Assembly (NCBI GenBank): GCA_035460505.1
Contig: DATHWP010000091.1
Location: 14,554 to 78,553, forward strand
Reading direction: 5' to 3'
Source of the DNA: Methyloradius sp.
GTDB lineage: Bacteria > Pseudomonadota > Gammaproteobacteria > Burkholderiales > Methylophilaceae
Length of the DNA: 64,000 bases
The notes beneath the pieces are model-generated. The model ran no database searches, was not told the origin of the DNA, and saw only the letters and a list, made by a program, of their open reading frames with translations. Positions 60,199 to 64,000 of this stretch are shown in pieces. The position numbers were made by a program, and so were the translations under genes. How positions within the stretch are numbered: the stretch's first letter is position 1; the number at the start of each line of letters is the position of its first letter.

Positions 60199-60522
60199 CT
60201 AGGCATATACGTCTACATTGTTCCCTAGGTTTGAGTCCGAGTTGGATTTTGGGGTGGTTGGATTCGACTCAACGTTATCAGCGGCAGGTTTGGTGCTGGA
60301 TGAATTTTGAGGCTGACTCAACTGGGCAATTTGAGCTTCTAACGAGGCAATTCTGGCTTGAATGATCTGTGCCTGTGTAGTGGCGACCTTGGCATCTTGA
60401 GATTTTACGGCTGCCGCTAATTGTTTTTGTGCTTCAGCCAGTTGTTTTTGCAATTCTGCAATTTGAGACGCCGAGCCGCCACTGGAGGAGGAAGAGCTTG
60501 TATTGCTTACGGATGAAATCAT
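60199..60522 (-). CDS. FlxA-like small coiled-coil protein
   Basis: Ser-rich N-terminus, SQIAELQKQ, LEAQIAQL, C-terminal GNNVDVYA. Confidence 0.65.
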   Translation of the reverse strand: MISSVSNTSSSSSSGGSASQIAELQKQLAEAQKQLAAAVKSQDAKVATTQAQIIQARIASLEAQIAQLSQPQNSSSTKPAADNVESNPTTPKSNSDSNLGNNVDVYA

Positions 60523-60899
60523 GATATTTATCCTGCATTTAATCTTGTTTAATCTATATCGGCAATAGAAGCTCCTTTATTGAGTTCGGATAACTCATCT
60601 AATAAAAATATAAAAGATATATATGGTTTAAATATATATTATTCAACTAATTACTGATTAATTTCATACATTTTGTGCTCAGAGTCTTTACCTAGTTTTA
60701 CATTGGGTAAGTTAAATTTGATCCAAGTGATTACTTTTAAGCCTGAATTTAAAGTGAATGCCAAACTAATAATGCCGAGCATAAGAATTTAATTGCAATC
60801 TCTTTTGGGGAGCGATAGCAATGGGAATGACAACTTTAGTTGGTGCTATGCTAGGAGTTGTTGCTTGATAAAACCAATTACTTTTCTAAGGAGTTACGT

Positions 60900-61241
60900 A
60901 TGGCAACTGGACAATACGATCATTGTATCGACTTATGTAACAAATCCGCTCAAGCCTGTGATGCCTGCGTCGTAGCATGTCTGGGCGAAGAAAATGCGGC
61001 TTATCTGCGTGATGCCATTCTTGCAGCCACTGACTGTGCGGCGTTTTGTCGGCTAGCAGCTGGATTTATGGCACGGGATAGCCAGATGCTTCAATTGATC
61101 TGTGAGGATTGTGCTGAAATTTGCATGGCATGCGCAGAGGAATGTGGCCAGCACCCTGCAGAACATTGCCAAGTGTGTGCAACAGCTTGTCGGAAGTGTG
61201 CAGAAGAGTGCTTGAAAGTGGGTACAGCAAACCTCAGTTGA
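60900..61241 (+). CDS. Cys-rich four-helix-bundle copper storage protein (Csp3/DUF326-like)
   Basis: 17 Cys in CxxC/CxxxC periodicity, H...HC motif, no signal peptide; AGGAG Shine-Dalgarno before ATG 60900. Confidence 0.85.
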   Translation: MATGQYDHCIDLCNKSAQACDACVVACLGEENAAYLRDAILAATDCAAFCRLAAGFMARDSQMLQLICEDCAEICMACAEECGQHPAEHCQVCATACRKCAEECLKVGTANLS

Positions 61242-61334
61242 TGAGCGCGTTTGATTTTGCTTAATTGCCTGCTATAGGTCGGTGCAGGCTGCAAAAAAGG
61301 CTTTAATAAACTGGATATATAACAGGAGGTTAAT

Positions 61335-61598
61335 ATGAGCAGTTGTAACCATATCAATCAAATTGTGACGCGAACGCCCAATTCGGAGGGCTGCGAAGAG
61401 TGCACCAAGATAGGCGATACTTGGGTACATTTAAGAACTTGCCTGATCTGCGGGCATGTTGGGTGCTGTGACTCATCCAAAAATAAACATGCAACACGCC
61501 ACTTCTTGCAAACCCAGCATCCCATCATGGCATCAAAGGAGTCTGGAGAGACTTGGGGATGGTGTTATGTCGACCAGAAATTATTTGATCCAATCTAG
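61335..61598 (+). CDS. Stand-alone UBP-type zinc finger protein
   Basis: CNH, CEEC, WVHLRTCLICGHVGCCDSSKNKHATRH, WGWCYVD. Confidence 0.9.
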   Translation: MSSCNHINQIVTRTPNSEGCEECTKIGDTWVHLRTCLICGHVGCCDSSKNKHATRHFLQTQHPIMASKESGETWGWCYVDQKLFDPI

Positions 61599-61654
61599 TT
61601 TGATCACTGGATTTTTTCTATCGAAACAAATTCCATCAACAGCTAGTAAACACA

Positions 61655-62044
61655 CTAATCGTTAGCCGCTAGATGCACTGGCTGCCTCATGACGCTGACA
61701 TCATCCATGCCAGAGTTGTTACCTTTCACCGTCACAATGTATTGAATGTTCTGTTTTTCGCAATTGTGTACATTCCAACGCTCAACCACCTTGCCTGAAA
61801 CCAGGCGGCCATCCACCAGTTTGGCATCATAGGAGCGGGAGATTAAAGAAGTCTGAATGTTGGAGAGATCAATGCTGCACTGATTGACCGTATCTTCGCC
61901 CATTTGCATCATGACTTCTTCCGCATAGCCCCCGCGGATGTAAGATGCATTTTTCTGAATAAGTTGCTGTTGGGAGCATGCTGACAATAGGCTCGCAAGC
62001 AGTAACAGGCCCGTAGGTAATAGTGGAACAATTCTGTTTTTCAT
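61655..62044 (-). CDS. Hypothetical lipoprotein
   Basis: MKNRIV...LLSAC lipobox; ERWNVHNC motif. Confidence 0.6.
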   Translation of the reverse strand: MKNRIVPLLPTGLLLLASLLSACSQQQLIQKNASYIRGGYAEEVMMQMGEDTVNQCSIDLSNIQTSLISRSYDAKLVDGRLVSGKVVERWNVHNCEKQNIQYIVTVKGNNSGMDDVSVMRQPVHLAAND

Positions 62045-62227
62045 TTCTAAGCTTTTCCGCAATGGGTGATTCGTGAATAGTCCGTTATGCTGAACTATTG
62101 GGTTTCATAGAATTCACGCATCGTTCTCCCATGATTGAATAACGCAGGAACCCAGACACAGGTTTACTTCAGCAATGGATATATTACTGAACGCGATATG
62201 CGGAAGAAGGCTTAAAAACGGGCAAGA

Positions 62228-62277
62228 CCCACCTAAATCAAGACTCAGCTAAATATAAATGAGTTGGTTTAGGTGGG
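62228..62277 (-). terminator. Long imperfect hairpin, probable terminator of the 62330-62590 gene
   Basis: CCCACCTAAATCAAGACTCA ... TGAGTTGGTTTAGGTGGG. Confidence 0.45.
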
Positions 62278-62329
62278 CCAAAGTGCCTGCTAACGGCCGC
62301 GAGCAGACATCAAATGTGATGGCTTTGAG

Positions 62330-62590
62330 CTATGAACTTTCAGTAGCTGTTTCAGTTTTTGGTTTTCTTCCAGGGCTAGGCTGTGGGATAGAGCCAGATA
62401 CTCTGCTGCTAATCCCCTCAATTTTCACTCCCTCTACGAATCTCGTCACGTTGCAGCTAATGACTGCACCGCTTAATGAAAGGTCTCGAAGCTTGGACTT
62501 AACTGCAGCTAGAGAAAGTCCAGTTGCGGCAGCAATATCAATGTCCATCTTTTCGCCATTCTTGTTCAGGTATTCCAAGATTGTTTTCAT
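62330..62590 (-). CDS. Small winged-helix putative transcriptional regulator
   Basis: ILEYLNKNGE..D.DIAAATGLSL..V...L..L...G pattern, basic tail PGRKPK. Confidence 0.7.
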   Translation of the reverse strand: MKTILEYLNKNGEKMDIDIAAATGLSLAAVKSKLRDLSLSGAVISCNVTRFVEGVKIEGISSRVSGSIPQPSPGRKPKTETATESS

Positions 62591-62826
62591 GCAAGACTCC
62601 GTTATTTAATCAATAGACCTCTGTGTTGAAGTCTTAGGATTTATTAAATAGTGCTACTACTATATGAGGTTAGATATGATTTTAACAAGAAGCCTCTTAA
62701 TAAATTAGCGCCATCACCTGTTTATCTCTTGCAAATCGAAGGTCGATACTCCTTAATATGACTTTATGAAGGTCAGCAATTTGCGCTTGCGAATGAACTA
62801 GCGCTGAGTTTGTAGTCCAATCTATC

Positions 62827-63864
62827 ATGACAAATACAAAAAATAGCCTGGCTCCCCGTTTCTCGGTTCTCGATCTTTCACCAATTGCAGACGGTAGCTC
62901 CGCTGCACAGTCATTCAAGAATACCTTAGATCTTGCGCAGCATGCTGAACGTTGGGGCTATCATCGTTTCTGGCTTGCTGAGCATCATGGCATGCCAGGC
63001 ATTGCCAGCGCTGCCACATCCATCTTGGTCGGACATGTAGCCGCAGGTACTGCGACAATCCGAGTGGGTGCTGGTGGAATCATGTTGCCTAACCACTCTC
63101 CGCTGGTGATTGCAGAACAATTTGGCACCCTTGAATCTTTGTTTCCTGGGCGCATTGATCTGGGGCTTGGCCGTGCGCCAGGCTCAGACCAGATCACCGC
63201 ACAGGCCTTACGACGTAACTTGGCATCGGATGCAGATGCATTCCCTCACGATGTGATGGAGTTGCTGGACTACTTCTCACCTAATCCAAAGGGGCACGTT
63301 AAAGCTGTGCCTGGCACAGGCCTGAATGTTCCAATCTGGATACTTGGCTCTAGCCTTTACGGGGCTCAGCTGGCGGCGGCGATGGGTCTGCCTTATGCCT
63401 TCGCCTCACATTTTGCCCCAGCTCAGATGATGCAAGCAATCGAGGTCTATCGTGAGACATTCCGCCCATCACAATATTTAGCAAAGCCACATGTCATGCT
63501 GGGTTTCAATGTATTCGCTGCTGATACTGATGAAGAAGCAGAATTTCTGGCCTCATCAATGCAGCAGGCATTTATCAACCTACGCACTGGGCGCCCTTCA
63601 AAGCTACCACCACCCATATCAAATTTCTGGAACCAGATTGGTGGTGCGGAGCGTGCATTACTGAACCAGGTGCTGTCTTGCTCTGCTATAGGCGCTAAAG
63701 AAAAAGTATTGGATGAGATCACAGCATTTATTCACAAGACCCAAGCTGATGAATTGATGATTACATCGCAGATATTCGATCATCTAGCACGCTTGCATTC
63801 TTACGAGCTTACGGCGGAAGTCGCTACAGAAATGAGCGTGCAGGGCGGTTCTATTACAGTTTAA
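62827..63864 (+). CDS. LLM class flavin-dependent oxidoreductase (luciferase-like)
   Basis: [40 protein letters not shown]. Confidence 0.92.
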   Translation: MTNTKNSLAPRFSVLDLSPIADGSSAAQSFKNTLDLAQHAERWGYHRFWLAEHHGMPGIASAATSILVGHVAAGTATIRVGAGGIMLPNHSPLVIAEQFGTLESLFPGRIDLGLGRAPGSDQITAQALRRNLASDADAFPHDVMELLDYFSPNPKGHVKAVPGTGLNVPIWILGSSLYGAQLAAAMGLPYAFASHFAPAQMMQAIEVYRETFRPSQYLAKPHVMLGFNVFAADTDEEAEFLASSMQQAFINLRTGRPSKLPPPISNFWNQIGGAERALLNQVLSCSAIGAKEKVLDEITAFIHKTQADELMITSQIFDHLARLHSYELTAEVATEMSVQGGSITV

Positions 63865-64000
63865 TCGCACTTGTAATGACATGAGTCCTATACAATTTGA
63901 ATAATGTTAGCTTGCTGAACAACTTAAAAATTCAGCATAATGACTAACGTTATGAACTCGATTAGATAGGGGCAAGGTCTCCATCCCGAGAGTATAAAGA

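Noticed and set aside
1-64000. CRISPR arrays, IS elements, prophage or defence islands
   Set aside because: No regularly spaced direct repeats and no transposase, integrase, phage structural or cas genes were recognised by eye.

Overview
Chromosomal segment of a betaproteobacterium; gene content and order suggest Methylophilaceae (inference). No integrase, transposase, prophage or CRISPR array was seen. Housekeeping genes include partial bioA, dacB, coq7, ctpA, yoaA-tsaB-rimI-udg, proS, queA, tRNA-Leu(CAA), a cold-shock gene, infA and metR-metE. There is also a small arsenic module (arsR-arsC / acr3), a c-di-GMP signalling cassette, and a complete nitrate-assimilation operon with a NasT/ANTAR leader. 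The most interesting part is a two-locus peptide-ligase/transglutaminase/Anbu system. Locus 1 (9.8-14.5 kb) has a sigma54 promoter with tandem NtrC-type boxes and encodes a circularly permuted ATP-grasp protein, an alpha-E protein and Anbu. Where the canonical transglutaminase would be, it has an uncalled 55-aa Gln/Lys/Pro-rich ORF ending in QQQ and a divergent HPPD-like (His-His-Glu) metalloenzyme. Locus 2 (21.8-28.8 kb, opposite strand) supplies a transglutaminase-DUF2126 fusion, an ATP-grasp/alpha-E fusion and a transglutaminase. All calls come from reading motifs by eye; no searches were run.
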